Below are positions 43,830 through 57,772 of a DNA stretch of 64,000 nt, one piece after another. The notes beneath the pieces were generated by a model. The model did no database searches. It worked only from the letters and a program-made list of their open reading frames with translations, and was not told where the DNA came from. The DNA comes from Eledone cirrhosa (Eukaryota): the NCBI GenBank assembly GCA_964016885.1, contig OZ024748.1, positions 53,816,001-53,880,000 on the forward strand. Direction: 5' to 3'. The position numbers were made by a program, and so were the translations under genes. The number at the start of each line of letters is the position of its first letter. Positions within the stretch are counted from its first letter, which is position 1.

Positions 43830-46157
43830 AGACTGATAATTAGCGACCTCATAGTCAGGACGAGACGTACTCGACAACAGAAGAGGACTATCCTCAGGAG
43901 GAAAATATGGAAGTTAAAGGACCCCACAGCCAGGAATAAATTTCAAAGCATATTACTTGATGCTTTCGACAGTAAGGAAGAACATTTAGAGTCGGACAAT
44001 ATAGAGGGAGAGTGGGAATTTCTGAAAGCAAACCTGCTGTTGGCGACAGACGAGGTCTGTGGCTGGAGCAGGCCTGTAGGCAGGAGGAGAGTAACATGGT
44101 GGTGGAACAGTAAGGTGGAGGGGTCAATTAAGGCCAAAAAGCAGGCTTGGAAAGTATGGCGGGATGGGGGAAGTAGAGAGGACTATCAAGTGGCCAGGAG
44201 GGAAGCTAGGAGACAAGTGTACTTAGCAAGAAGGGAAGCTGAGGAAAGAAAGTTCAAGCATGTTCTACAACGCGATGACCAAAAACGTGAGGTGTTCAGG
44301 ATTGCTAGGCAATGCGTCAAGGAAAACCGTGATATTGTCGGGGAGAAGTGTGTACTAAACGACGATGGCACACTTGCCATCACCGACGCTGATAAGAAGG
44401 TAGCTTGGAAGTGTCACTATGAAAGGCTTCTAAATGAGGAGAATAATTGGGAGAAAGGCAGTCTCCCCCATATCGACCCAATAGAGGGACCAGCAGTGTT
44501 AGTCGAGGGGAGTATAATAAGTAAGGCAATCAAGGATATGAAGACTGGTAAGGCGGCTGGGCCTTCGGAAATAGTTGCTGAGATGCTGAAGGCATCTGGC
44601 ACGGTGGGACACACCATGGTCACCCGCATAGTTAACCAAGTCGTACAAAACGGGGTTGTTCCGAAGGACTGGCATAGCAGCATCATCGTTAACTGTTATA
44701 AGGGTAAAGGAGACGCCCTAGATAGGAGTAACTATAGAGGCATTAAATTAATCGACCAGGTCATGAAGGTCACGGAAAGAGTAATAGCGCAACTAATCAG
44801 AGAGAGAATTGACCTAGATGAAATGCAGTTCGGGTTTGTGTCAGGCAAAAGTACCACAGACGCTCTTTTCATAGTACGACAACTACAAGAGAAGTACCTA
44901 GCTAAAGGTAAACCCCTCTACTTAGCTTTTGTCGACTTGGAGAAAGCCTTCGACAGAGTCCCCCGCTCCATTATCTGGTGGGCTCTTAGAAAACTAGGCG
45001 TTGACGAATGGCTTGTGAGGGCTATACAAGCCATGTATAAAGAAACAGTCAGCAAGGTTAGAATTAACAACGAATATAGTGAAGAGTTTAGCGTAAAAGT
45101 TGGCGTCCATCAGGGCTCTGTTCTCAGTCCACTACTATTTATTATTGCCCTTCAGGCTATAACAGAGGAGTTCAAGACAGGCTGCCCATGGGAACTCCTA
45201 TACGCAGACGACCTGACACTCATAGCGGAATCAATGGCCGAGCTAGAGAAGAAATTCCAAACATGGAAGCACGGCCTAGAGTCAAAAGGACTTAAAATTA
45301 ACCTGGCTAAGACCAAAGTACTAGTTTGTAGGAAAGAAAACAAGGCGGCGGTCCCTTCTGGGAAATGGTCGTGCTCGGTGTGTAGGAAAGGCGTAGGTAG
45401 AAACTCCATTTTATGTCCTAAATGCAAAGTATGGGTGCATAAAAGATGTAGTGGGATCACAGGTAGGCTAACTAAGAACATAGATTTTACATGTGGCCGG
45501 TGCTCTGGTGCAATAAGTAGCAGCAAGTGCCCACAAACTACTAGCTCTTTCAATTGCGCAGAGGGTTCTATAGAAATAGTGGACAGCTTCCGTTACCTGG
45601 GCGATAAAATCAGCAGTGGGGGAGGGTGCTCTGAAAGTACTGTAGCTAGAGTCAGAACTGGTTGGAAAAAGTTCAGAGAGCTTATACCACTATTAGCTGC
45701 TAAAGGGTTCTCACTAAAAATGAAAGGCAGGTTGTACGATGCCTGCATACGGACAGCAATGCTGCATGGCAGTGAGACCTGGGCATTGTGTGCAGAGGAT
45801 ATACGCAGACTAGAGAGGAACGAAGCTTGCATGCTCCGCTGGATGTGTAACAGTAATATACGTGAACGGCAAAGCATAAACGAACTAAGGAATAAATTAG
45901 AGATAAGAGGGATCAGATGTTGTTTACTCGAGAGAAGGCTACGTTGGTATGGACACGTGATGCGCATGAAAGTCGATAGCTGTATAACAAAGTGCAGGGC
46001 AATAAAGATAGACGGTAGTCACGGAATAGGCAGACCTAGAAAAACCTGGGACGAGCTGATAAACTCCGACATCACACACTTACACCTCTCCAAGACAATG
46101 TCACTGGACCGAGACCTTTGGCGGTACTCAGTAACAGAGAAGACCCGCCTTACCTAA
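43830..46157 (+). CDS. RTE-clade LINE ORF, 5'-truncated: linker, reverse transcriptase with internal PHD-type finger, and C-terminal domain
   Basis: An uninterrupted frame runs from RLIISDL (end of the APE domain) to the stop. RT motifs are [45 protein letters not shown] and FRYLG. The RTE C-terminus reads [22 protein letters not shown]. Confidence 0.96.
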   Translation, partial: RLIISDLIVRTRRTRQQKRTILRRKIWKLKDPTARNKFQSILLDAFDSKEEHLESDNIEGEWEFLKANLLLATDEVCGWSRPVGRRRVTWWWNSKVEGSIKAKKQAWKVWRDGGSREDYQVARREARRQVYLARREAEERKFKHVLQRDDQKREVFRIARQCVKENRDIVGEKCVLNDDGTLAITDADKKVAWKCHYERLLNEENNWEKGSLPHIDPIEGPAVLVEGSIISKAIKDMKTGKAAGPSEIVAEMLKASGTVGHTMVTRIVNQVVQNGVVPKDWHSSIIVNCYKGKGDALDRSNYRGIKLIDQVMKVTERVIAQLIRERIDLDEMQFGFVSGKSTTDALFIVRQLQEKYLAKGKPLYLAFVDLEKAFDRVPRSIIWWALRKLGVDEWLVRAIQAMYKETVSKVRINNEYSEEFSVKVGVHQGSVLSPLLFIIALQAITEEFKTGCPWELLYADDLTLIAESMAELEKKFQTWKHGLESKGLKINLAKTKVLVCRKENKAAVPSGKWSCSVCRKGVGRNSILCPKCKVWVHKRCSGITGRLTKNIDFTCGRCSGAISSSKCPQTTSSFNCAEGSIEIVDSFRYLGDKISSGGGCSESTVARVRTGWKKFRELIPLLAAKGFSLKMKGRLYDACIRTAMLHGSETWALCAEDIRRLERNEACMLRWMCNSNIRERQSINELRNKLEIRGIRCCLLERRLRWYGHVMRMKVDSCITKCRAIKIDGSHGIGRPRKTWDELINSDITHLHLSKTMSLDRDLWRYSVTEKTRLT

Positions 46158-46548
46158 ATATATAGTAAAACCTACTCCAGCCAGTAGGCATCTCTAACAA
46201 ATACACCCCGTCCCACCACCCCCACCCGATCCACACCACCCCGTTCTATGTAAAGTTATGTTGGTGCCGCGCCATCGAGGCCGAAACAAATGAGATCGTG
46301 TAGGTGTCACGACAAAAAAACACACAGTCCACGCTGTAATGTGGCCGTGTAGGCAACACGGTAAAAACCTCCCAGACCCACACTGTAAATGTGGTTGGTG
46401 TTAGGAAGGGCATCCAACTGTAGAAAACCTGCCAGACAGTCCTATGCGAGCAAGACAATCACTCTTGCCTCAAGTGGGACTACCCCCGTCCAAACCCATG
46501 CAAGCGTGGAACACGGACGTTAAACGCTGATGATGATGATGATGATGA
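43830..46548 (+). mobile_element. Young RTE LINE insertion (about 2.7 kb) including 3' UTR, terminal stem-loop and (GAT)n tail
   Basis: The ORF is intact. The 3' end reads ccatgc-aa-gcgtgg-aacacggacgttaaacgct(gat)n and the element sits in a (TA)-rich tract. Confidence 0.95.
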
Positions 46549-46879
46549 TATAATATATATATATATATATTATATATATATATATATTATATATATATAT
46601 ATATATAACGATGCATGTATAATATATGAATATAGTTTTTTTTTTCTGATGTATGTATAACACACACATGTGTGTATATATATATATGTATATATATATC
46701 TATATATATATATATATACGTATATGTAGTTTTTCCTTTGCATTTATAATAGAGAAATGAAATAGTTGTAGAATTGATTTTGCAGTAAATTTGTGTGTGT
46801 GTATATTTATGTGTGTGTGAGTGTGGATATGTGTGGGTATGCCGTTATGTACCTATGTGTGTATGTGTATGTGTGTGTG

Positions 46880-47245
46880 CATGTGGTTCAGTAGATATGT
46901 GTGTGTATGTGGTTATGTAGATATGTATGTGTATGTATGTAGTTATGTGTGTGAGTGTGGTTATGTAGATATGTGTGTGGTTATGTAGATGTGTGTGTGT
47001 ATGTGGTTATGTAGACATGTGTGTGGTTATGTAGACATGTGTGTGGTTATGTAGATATGTGTGTGGTTATGTAGATATATGTGTGTGGTTATGTAGATAT
47101 ATGTGTGTGAGTGTGGTTATGTAGATATGTATGTGAGTGTGGTTATGTAGATATGTGTGTGTGTGGTTATGTAGATATGTGTGTGTGTGGTTATGTAGAT
47201 ATGTGTGTGTGGTTATATAGATGTGTCTGGTTATGTAGATATGTG
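46880..47245. repeat. Minisatellite (GTGTGGTTATGTAGATAT + GT)n
   Basis: About 15 units of 20-26 bp. Confidence 0.9.
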
Positions 47246-48014
47246 TGTGTGTGTGTACTTGTAAGTGTTTGTTTTCATTTATTGTTGTTTTTTGTTTTCT
47301 AATGAACATATTTACATGATAAGATGAAAATATATTAAAAAACATACATAAAACTTTGAAAGAAAGAAAGAAAAGTAGAGCATGATGATGATGATGATGA
47401 TGGTGTTGGTAGTGGTGGTGATGGTGGTGGTCATGGCGGTGGTGGTGATGGTGATGGTAGTGGTGGTGGTGGTGGTGATGGTAGTGGTGGTGGTTATGAT
47501 AGTAGTGGTGGTGGTAGTGATGGTAGTGGTGGTGTTGGTGGTGGTGGTAGTGATGGTGGTGGGGGTAGTGATGATGGTGGTGGTGGTGATGATAATGTTG
47601 ATGGTTTCTGATTTAGGCACAAGGCCAGCAAGTTTGGAGGAGGGGAAAGTCATTATTGGTGCTTTATTTTAGGGCTGATAACTGTATAAATCTGTTGTCT
47701 GACGCTCTACCGATCCTGCCAATCCACCACCCTTAAAATAGCAATGAGGATTTCTAATCTAGGTACAAACAAGGCTTGTAATGGGTGGGGAAAGGGAAAT
47801 TGATTATATTGACCCAGTATTTGACTGGTACTTTATTTCATTGACCCTAGAAGGATGAAATGGCAAAAGAAGAACATATTTTGTATGAATATAACCAACA
47901 CTAGTAAGATTATTGGACAATTAACCTCATTTTTAAAGAAAACATTTATATATATATTTATAAAAATAACAGATTAAAGTTTAAGCAAATTTTAGTCTTC
48001 AAATTTATTATTAT

Positions 48015-48064
<50 letters not shown>

Positions 48065-48439
48065 ATGTGTGAGTTTGGGTATGTGTGTGATTGTGTGAGT
48101 CTGGTTTAAATGCTGAAGGGTTAAAGCATTAATTAATCAAAATGGCTAAAATAAAATTATAATGGAATGTTTTTAATACAAGAAAAGATTTTTATTCGTA
48201 AGATATTTAGAACATTATTTAACAAAGATTTCTTGAATAAAATTATGTGATGTTTTAATATAAGGATGACCAGATTAAAGTAAGCTGTTTTATATCGTAA
48301 ATCTAGGGCAGTTTCTGGCAAGTTGGTATCAAAGGGGTTAAAGGTGATTTAAAGAAACAGATGGTACTAACATAAACCTCTACCTGTCTTAGAAAACAAT
48401 GATAATGCGAATATACTTCTGTAAATTCTATATACAGTT

Positions 48440-48775
48440 GGATTCTACAGACAATACATAATAAGACATCATTGTCCATGATAAAAATGTCAATACCGTG
48501 TTAATAATTGACATATCAATAATGAACGATGATAATATGTGTGTAGAAACAATTTTAAAAGCTAAAGAATTGCACACAGACTTAGCTACGACTGAATTAA
48601 AGATATTATGGCATTTAAGAAATGTGTCCATCATCCCATTTGTAATTGGTACAACTGGAATGATGCACAACTATCTTTATAAAGACATTGACAGATGACC
48701 TATCAAGACATCTGCACATTCCAGAAAATAGTTATGTTTAACTCTGTAAATACTGTTAAAACATTGTCACACAGT
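48440..48775 (+). pseudogene. Second, more diverged RLE-type non-LTR endonuclease remnant
   Basis: DIIVHDKNVNTVLIIDISIMNDDNM...DLATTELKILWHLRNVSIIPFVIGTTG resembles the PDIIV.DK...IID...DLA.ELK.LW...IIP.VIG..G RLE region. Confidence 0.65.
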
Positions 48776-48793
48776 GTTTGTTGACCTTCAATA

Positions 48794-48835
<42 letters not shown>

Positions 48836-49489
48836 TACATATATATGTGTTTTTTTCCAGCATCTAGTTGATGTGTAATTTATATTCTATTCACTTAGCA
48901 AGTTGGCTAGACTATGTTGTGCCACGCTAAATCATGCCATGCCAGGGGCTCTTAGCTTTTGATGGAGTCCTAGTGGCGCCATCGCTATATATAACATTTG
49001 ACTGAAACTATTTTCGTATTCTGTTAAATGAGAAGAAACTTGCAAGGGAAACAACTCTTATAACCTGAGCTGATTCAAGACTTTTGGAATAATTTCAAAA
49101 TGTTTTGGGCCCATACCTCTCCAGATCAGAGAGAGAGAGCGAGCGATGTATATATATATATAGAGAGAGAGATGTATATATAGAGAGAGGGGGAGAGAGA
49201 AAGATGAGAGAAAGCAGTGAGAAAGAGTTGAGAAAGAGAGAGCTGGGAGAGAGAGAGAAATGTGACAGCAGTGAGAGAGAGATATATAGTGGATCAACCC
49301 CCAGTACTGCACTGGTATTATATTTATGGACCACAAAGGCATGAAAGGCAAAGGTGACCTCAGTAGGATTGGAACACAGAACACAAAAGCTGGAACAAAT
49401 ACTGTAAAGTATTCTATCTGATGATATATACACATTCTTATATTCCAGGATTGGGAAACTGACATTAAACAATGATGATGATGATGATA

Positions 49490-49548
<59 letters not shown>

Positions 49549-49799
49549 ATATATATATACATATATATACATATATACATATATATATACATATATATAC
49601 ATATATATACATATATATATATATATATACATACATAAATATATATATACAAATATAAATATATTACACAAAGAGAAGTGTGTTACACAGTGAGATGTGT
49701 GTAAAGAATTATTACAAGTGATTTTTACCGTTACGTATACTAAATATATATATACATACATACATACATATATATACATATATATATACATATATATAC

Positions 49800-49858
<59 letters not shown>

Positions 49859-50599
49859 CATACATATATATACATATATATATACATATATATACATATA
49901 TATATATATACATATATATACATATATATATATATACATATATATACATATATATATATACATATATATGTATACACATATATATATATATATCATATAT
50001 ATATACACATATATACACACATATATATATATTTATATATACACATACACATATATATTCATTGTTTTCATAAAGCACCTAAATACCTTTTGTTATCTCA
50101 ATGATTTTACAATTATATTACATTTTTTTTTTTTTTTTTTATTGTTATTCCTGCAATTTTATTTTATTATTTTAATTGTTTTTTTTTTTATTTTATTAAA
50201 TTTTGCTCTTGTTCTTCCAAAGTTTCACCTATTAATAAGAAAAAAGATTTCTTTGAAAACAAATTAAACAAAACAAACAAAAATATGATAAAATATATAA
50301 AACTGACAGGACAAACAAAATATAAAAAAAAAAACAAGAAGAAAACATTAGAATGTAGAAGAAAGCGGTTCTTTGTTGCTTGTAATATATATTAACACCC
50401 ACCAAATGTGATGTAGGTAGAAATAGGTGTATCAGGTGGAATTTATAATTTGGTTTTGGTTTACAAAAGAATTATCAAAATATTACCTCATATGGTCAGA
50501 AATAAAATGAAATTTACAGCTCACACTTATACAGATTTATCTACCCTTGGACAAGGTGATATCTTGTAGGAGGTTTCTTGGGTGTTTTAATGGTAGGGA

Positions 50600-51010
50600 A
50601 CCAGAGCTATTATGAAAAGTAATGTGAAATAATGCATCTTGCTTCAGGACACAACACGCTGTCCCATCCTGTAATGGAACCCATGACCTTGTCATTAACC
50701 CTTTAGTATTTAAACTGGCCGTATTTGGCCACAATTTTCTCACCGTTTGCTCTTTAAAATGGCTGTAACAGGCTGCTAATACTTATTTTAAGTTATTGTT
50801 CTCAAAATAAATGATATAAAATTCTTGTATATTTAATATTATATGAAATAAAGTGGTTACTGTGAAAATACAATAGTAAATATAGAGTAATGTAAATGTT
50901 AAAGGATTATAGCGTCTTGCTAAAGAATACTATATGCTGCCCAACCCAGGAATCAAACCCAAGACCTCATGATTGTGAGTCCAAAGCTTTAATCATTAAG
51001 CTGCATGAAT
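50600..51010 (-). mobile_element. Family-B SINE remnants with a piggyBac-like MITE (50695-50910) between them
   Basis: Reverse complements of family-B core/head segments flank a TTAACCCTTTAG...TAAAGGATTA element homologous to 27894-28123. Confidence 0.6.
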
Positions 51011-51151
51011 TCACTTCGTAAATATATACATATAACAACAAACATTTTAAGTCCATCTTCCTTACTAAAGCAGGTGTTGGTATTTCAGGCTCCATGATCG
51101 GAATTCCTACCTCACCAAACTTCTGACTTTCGTTTCCTCTTCCATTATTTT

Positions 51152-51337
51152 TGGGATTGCCAGTATCGGTAGAGGGTCTGACGCCATGCATTGCAGCAAA
51201 GAGTTACGGCCCTTTATGGTTTGAGTTCAAATCCCACCGAGGTTAACTTTGCCTTTCATCCTTATGGGGTTGATAAAATAAAGTACCAGTAATACACTGG
51301 ATAATTGCTGGCCTTGTGCCAAAAGTAGAAACAATTA
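51152..51337 (+). mobile_element. SINE family A copy
   Basis: Matches the consensus. Confidence 0.88.
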
Positions 51338-51422
51338 TCTTTAGCTATGAGGACAGTGGATTGGCAGAATCGGTAGAGCATCACACATGTAAATTGGATA
51401 TAAAGTCAATGTTGCATGTGTT

Positions 51423-51474
<52 letters not shown>

Positions 51475-51492
51475 TGTGTGTGTGTGTGTGTA

Positions 51493-51553
<61 letters not shown>

Positions 51554-51611
51554 CTGTGGAGAGAGAAAGAGTGAATGGACTGAGTTGTTAGAATGTGGAA
51601 TAGAATACGAA

Positions 51612-52115
51612 TATATCTACCCACAATACCATCATGTCAACCACCAACACCACTATATCTACCACCAACACCACTATATCTACCCACAATACCACTATAT
51701 CTACCCACAATACCACCATATCTACCCACAATACCACTATATCTACCCACAACACCACTATATCTACCCACAATACCATCATGGCTACCCACAATACCAT
51801 CATATCTACCCACAAAACTATATCTACCCACAATACCACCATATCTACCCACACTACCACCGTATCTACCCACACTACCACCATATCTACCCACAACGCC
51901 ACCATATCTACCCACAACACCACCAAATCTACCCACAACACCACCATATCTACCACCAACACCACTATATCTACCCACAATACCATCCTATCTACCCACA
52001 ATACCACAATATCTACCCACGATACCATCATATCTACCCACAATATCACCATATCTACCCACAATACCATCCTATCTACCACCAACACCATCCTATCTAC
52101 CCACAATACCATTAC
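51612..52115. repeat. 21-bp minisatellite (ATATCTACCCACAATACCACC)n
   Basis: About 24 units. Confidence 0.95.
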
Positions 52116-52548
52116 ATGTACCAGCTATACAAGTTATGAGTACCATCATATACCATCATAAACTCTAGATCTGTTCAATCAATTATATAAAATACCCAGC
52201 CGTAGAAAAGCTGTTAAAAAAGGGGTCAGAAGGACCCTTTATTTGTGACAAGGACACAGTAACTTCCCCTTGGGTTGGGGCCAAGATAAAATGCACTCGG
52301 TAGGGTGCAGGATTATATGTTGGGCCCCTGGCCCACGTGGAGGTCAGAGGCTCCACTTAAGTATTGGCCAGTCTGTGACATGTCCTCCATAGATTCTAAA
52401 TGATGATGATGATGATATTTTGTTACCCCACAATATTTGTAACCGTGTACCATTGAAAGAAATCAATACATGCTTTCCCCTGCCCCTCTTCCTCACCCCT
52501 GAAGCACCCCCACTCCACTGCACCTCTCTTATATATTATATGACAGGC

Positions 52549-52586
<38 letters not shown>

Positions 52587-53677
52587 GCTTGTGTATGTGT
52601 TTGTATGTGTGTATTTTAATAAATAAGTATATATATATATATTTATATATATATGTGTGTGTGTATATATATATGAGTGTGTGTATATATATATGAGTGT
52701 GTGTGTGTGTATATATGTGTGTGTGTATATATATATATATATATACACACGCGTGTGTATTATATATTAAATGTTTCATACAAACAGAAAATTCATTTCT
52801 TCAATATACTGCTTGTTTTATCTTCTTCTTTCTTTCTTTTTCTCTTTTGTCTTTTTTTTCTTTTATTGTTTTATTACTCACATTTCTTTTTGCTTCTTCC
52901 TTCTTTTCGTTCTTTTTTTGTTTGTTTCATGAAGGGGTGAGTGGGGGTGAGTTATATTTTCTTGTGTTCTTTGGCGTCTCCTTGACAACCAGAAGAAGAA
53001 GAGAAGTTTCTTTACACAACAACTGAAGATATTAAAGTGATATAAAATTCTTTGATTGTTTGGTTTGATAACGCTTTGGTTGTTTGGTATAAAATAATCG
53101 CTTGGTTATTATTATATGTTATTAATAATATTGGTTTAATTGTTTATAGCAGGACTTGCTGGTTTGTGGCATAAGATGGTAGAAAAAAATATCAAATAGT
53201 AATATAATGCTTTCTGATACAGGCACAAAGCCAACAATTTTTGGAAATGAGGGGAAAGTAAGTTAATTCGACCTCAGTGCATTGCTGGTATTTTATTTAG
53301 TCGACCCTGTAAGGATGAAAGCAAAGGTAATAAAGGTAGAAAAATAAATCAATTAGTAATATAATGATAATAATAATGGTTTCTGAGTTAGGCACAAGGC
53401 CAACAATTTTTGGAAGTGACTGAAAGTCAAATAATTCAGTCTCAGTGCATTACTGGTACTTTATTTTATCAACCACATAAGGATGAAAAGCAAAGGTAAC
53501 CTTGGCAGGATTTAGTACGAAAAGAGTCTTAACGCTTGATATAATATAAAGGAGTCTTAACGTTTTGGACACTAGTCCTTCATCAGATGAGAGAATGAGA
53601 AATAAAAGATGAAATTTAAAGTGGAAAGAGGAAGGAACAGAAACATTTTTGGGGAAAAACATGTGTATTCAGTTAGC

Positions 53678-54378
53678 CACATACGTGAACGGCAAAGCAT
53701 AAATGAACTAAGGAAAAAATTAGAGATAAGAGGGATCAGATGTTGTTTACTCGAGAGAAGGCTACGTTGGTATGGACACGTGATGCGCATGAAAGTCGAT
53801 AGCTGTATAACAAAGTGCAGGGCAATAAAGATAGACGGTAGCCACGGAATAGGGAGACCTAGAAAAACCTGGGACGAGCTGATAAACTCCGACCTCACAC
53901 ACTTACACCTCTCCAAGACATTGTCACTGGACCGAGACCTTTGGCAGTACTCAGTAACAGAGAAGACCCGCCTTACCTAAATATATAGTAAAACCTACTC
54001 CAGCCAGTAGGCATCTCTAACAAAATACACCCCGTCCCACCACCACCACCCCCACCCCATCCACACCACCCCGTTCTATGTAAAGTTATGTTGGTGCCGC
54101 GCCATCCAGGCCGAAACAAATGAGATCGTGTAGGTGTCACGACAAAAAAACACACAGTCCACGCTGTAATGTGGCCGTGTAGGCAACACGGTAAAAACCT
54201 CCCAGACCCACACTGTAAATGTGGTTGGTGTTAGGAAGGGCATCCAACTGTAGAAAACCTGCCAGACAGTCCTATGCGAGCAAGACAATCACTCTTGCCT
54301 CAAGTGGGACTACCCCCGTCCAAACCCATGCAAGCGTGGAACACGGACGTTAAACATTGATGATGATGATGATGATGA
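53678..54378 (+). mobile_element. 5'-truncated RTE LINE, near-identical to 45857-46548
   Basis: Only scattered substitutions relative to the long copy. Same 3' UTR and tail. Confidence 0.96.
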
Positions 54379-55000
54379 TATATATATATATATATGGCTA
54401 ACTGAATACACATATTTTTCCCAAAAAATGTTTCTGTTCCTTCCTCTTTCCACTTTAAATTTTCATCTTTTATTTCTCATTCTCTCATCTGAGTTGTATT
54501 ATTTTATGAGACATAATTATATATATATATATATAATTATGTCTCATATAAAATAATACAACTGGCTATCCGCAAAATACGTAGAGTTAGCACCCCAAAC
54601 GTATAATGGGGATTATACTCAGGTATATCCTAATGTTTGTTGAGTGAGACGGAAGTCGGTCGGAGTATTGCTTAAAGCTTTCTCTGTTAATGTATTAAAT
54701 ATATATATATATATATTAGCAATAAATAAAATAAAAATGGCGTAGACACTACAATACAACGGGAGGAAACATAATAGTACCACTGATGATGTCACAGGTG
54801 TGTGATGAAAGAACTTTGATAGACTATATATATTTATATCTGTATTTTTAACCGTTGTTCAATCAATGAAAAACATTGATTACCAGATAAATTAACTATG
54901 GAGATATAAAAGATACAGAAGCGAAAACCAATCCAAACCAAACAGTGTGTTCTGTTATTATTTCTGGCAATATTATAACAATATGACCCTCCCCAAATAT

Positions 55001-55074
<74 letters not shown>

Positions 55075-55519
55075 GAGAGAAAGTTGGGATGGTCATGTTT
55101 GGAATACCTTTAATTACAGGTCTCCCAATGAGGGCTGGGCTAGAACTAACAACAGCAACAATGTTTGCTAACAAAGGAACCTCTATATGGTCACTTGAAC
55201 TGCTAAAAATAGCAGTCAAAACTCCTTCAAACCACTCCCTGCTATCTTTAAAAAATAGTACACATTGATTAATGCAGTTCTTGATCTGCACATAGGAAAA
55301 AGATGAATTGGTCTTGGTCGGATTGTCTATGATCATAGGTCTGTTCCATCAGAGATAACCTAGGGCTAAACAACAACAGCAACAACACTATCAACCACAC
55401 CTACAACAGTAATATCACCATATCTGATAGTATTATCACTGAAGCAGTCATCTCCACCAACTACAACAACAATACTATTACTGATAATACTATTTCCAAC
55501 TTCACCATTCCCACTACCA

Positions 55520-56880
55520 CTGCACCACCATCACCTCCCCACCACCACCACCACCATCACCACCATCATCACCTCCCCACCACCACCACTACCATCACCA
55601 CCATCATCACCACTACCATCACCACCATCATCACCACTACCATCACCACCATCATCACCACTACCATCACCACCATCATCACCACTACCATCACCACCAT
55701 CATCACCACTACCATCACCACCATCATCACCACCATCATCACCACCATCATCACCACTACCATCACCACCATCATCACCACTACCATCACCACCATCATC
55801 ACCACTACCATCACCATCACCACCATCACCACTACCATCACCACCATCATCACCACTACCATCACCATCATCATCACCACTACCATCACCATCACCACTA
55901 CCATCACCACCATCATCACCACTACCATCACCACCATCATCACCACTACCATCACCACCATCATCACCACTACCATCACCATCACCACCATCACCACCAT
56001 CATCACCACTACCATCACCACCATCATCACCACCATCATCACCACTACCATCACCATCACCACCATCACCACCCCATCATAACTACCACCACCACCACTA
56101 TCATCATCACCACCACCATCATTTCATCATCATCAACACTATCACCACCACCACCACCAACAACACCACCACCACCAACAACAATAACACCACCATCATC
56201 ACCATCACCATCACCATCACCATCACCACCACCACTACCTGCAAACAGTACAATACTATTATTTAACTCCTGCTCCACATAAATCAGCTATTAACGCCCC
56301 ACCCCTACTTCCCCACACACCCTTCTCCCAGCACTAATAACACCACCATCAATACTACTACCCCTACCTATACTATCACTACCCCACCATCACCACTCAA
56401 TCACTACCCCACCAATACCACCAGCACGATCACCATTCCAGATATACCACCATCACTACCCCACCATCACCACCCCCACCATCACCACTCCATCAATACC
56501 ACCATCACCACCCCACCATCACCACACCATCACCACTCCATCAATACCACCATCACTACCCCACCATCACTACCCCACCGCCACCACTCCATCAATACCA
56601 CCATCACCACCCCACCATCACCACTCCATCAATACCACCATCACCACCCCACCATCACCACACCATTACCACTCCATCAATACCACCATCACCACCCCAC
56701 CATCACCACATCCCCACCACCACCACTCCATCAATACCACCATCACCACCCCACCATCACCACATCGCCACCACTCCATCAATACCACCATCACCACCCC
56801 ACCATCACCACACCATTACCACTCCATCAATACCACCATCACCACCCCACCATCACCACAACCCCACCGCCACCATTACA
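55520..56880. repeat. (CAC/CAT)-based triplet minisatellites
   Basis: A 21-bp unit accactaccatcaccaccatcatc-like, followed by a ccatcaataccaccatcaccacccca unit. Confidence 0.9.
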
Positions 56881-56965
56881 CATACCAATTTGTTTGAGAG
56901 ACCAACTATTATAAAGTAATCGACACTTATCAGCCTCCCCCCCCCTCTCTTTACACATGTGTGTG

Positions 56966-57000
<35 letters not shown>

Positions 57001-57175
57001 ATATATATATATGTGTGTGTATATATATATATATATATAATGTGTCTGTGTATATATGTTTATATATTCATTCATTCGCACACACACACACACACTCACA
57101 TATAGAGGCCTATCAACATCAACACATATATACATACACACACATAGGCAACAACTACTGAACATGTATACGCAC

Positions 57176-57235
57176 CAGTTGAAGCAGGCTGGTGTATTCT
57201 GCAGACGGTGCACACTGGTGCATTATTGATCTCGT
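57176..57235 (-). CDS. Candidate 60-nt phase-1/phase-1 exon
   Basis: Tandem TAGCAG acceptor and CTG|GTGCGT donor. It reads (D)EINNAPVCTVCRIHQPAST. The polypyrimidine tract is weak and no homologue is recognised. Confidence 0.25.
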
Positions 57236-57469
57236 CTGCTACATGGCATATTTAAGTCGAAGTAGACTATGTCAGTTACTGCATTCAATCAAATCCACAA
57301 TCGCCCACCCCTGCACACACACACACTCACACATCTAGCTATATAATAAATATACTTACATACATATATACATACACATGTACACACATATATATATGTA
57401 TATATATATGCTCATATATATATATATATAGAGAGAGAGAGACAAGCACGCACAGGTGTATGCACTCAT

Positions 57470-57522
<53 letters not shown>

Positions 57523-57579
57523 CACAAATATATGCACACATATATAGACAAATATACATATATACATGCACACACAAAG

Positions 57580-57644
<65 letters not shown>

Positions 57645-57772
57645 GTAGGAGGTGAGTTTTATTGTAGTACAATAAAGCAATGCAGATATCGGATAAGAAG
57701 CACTCTACAGTTTGTAGGACTGGAGTATACATAATATATAAGAACAAAAAAGATGGTTAAAAGAGTTCCATG

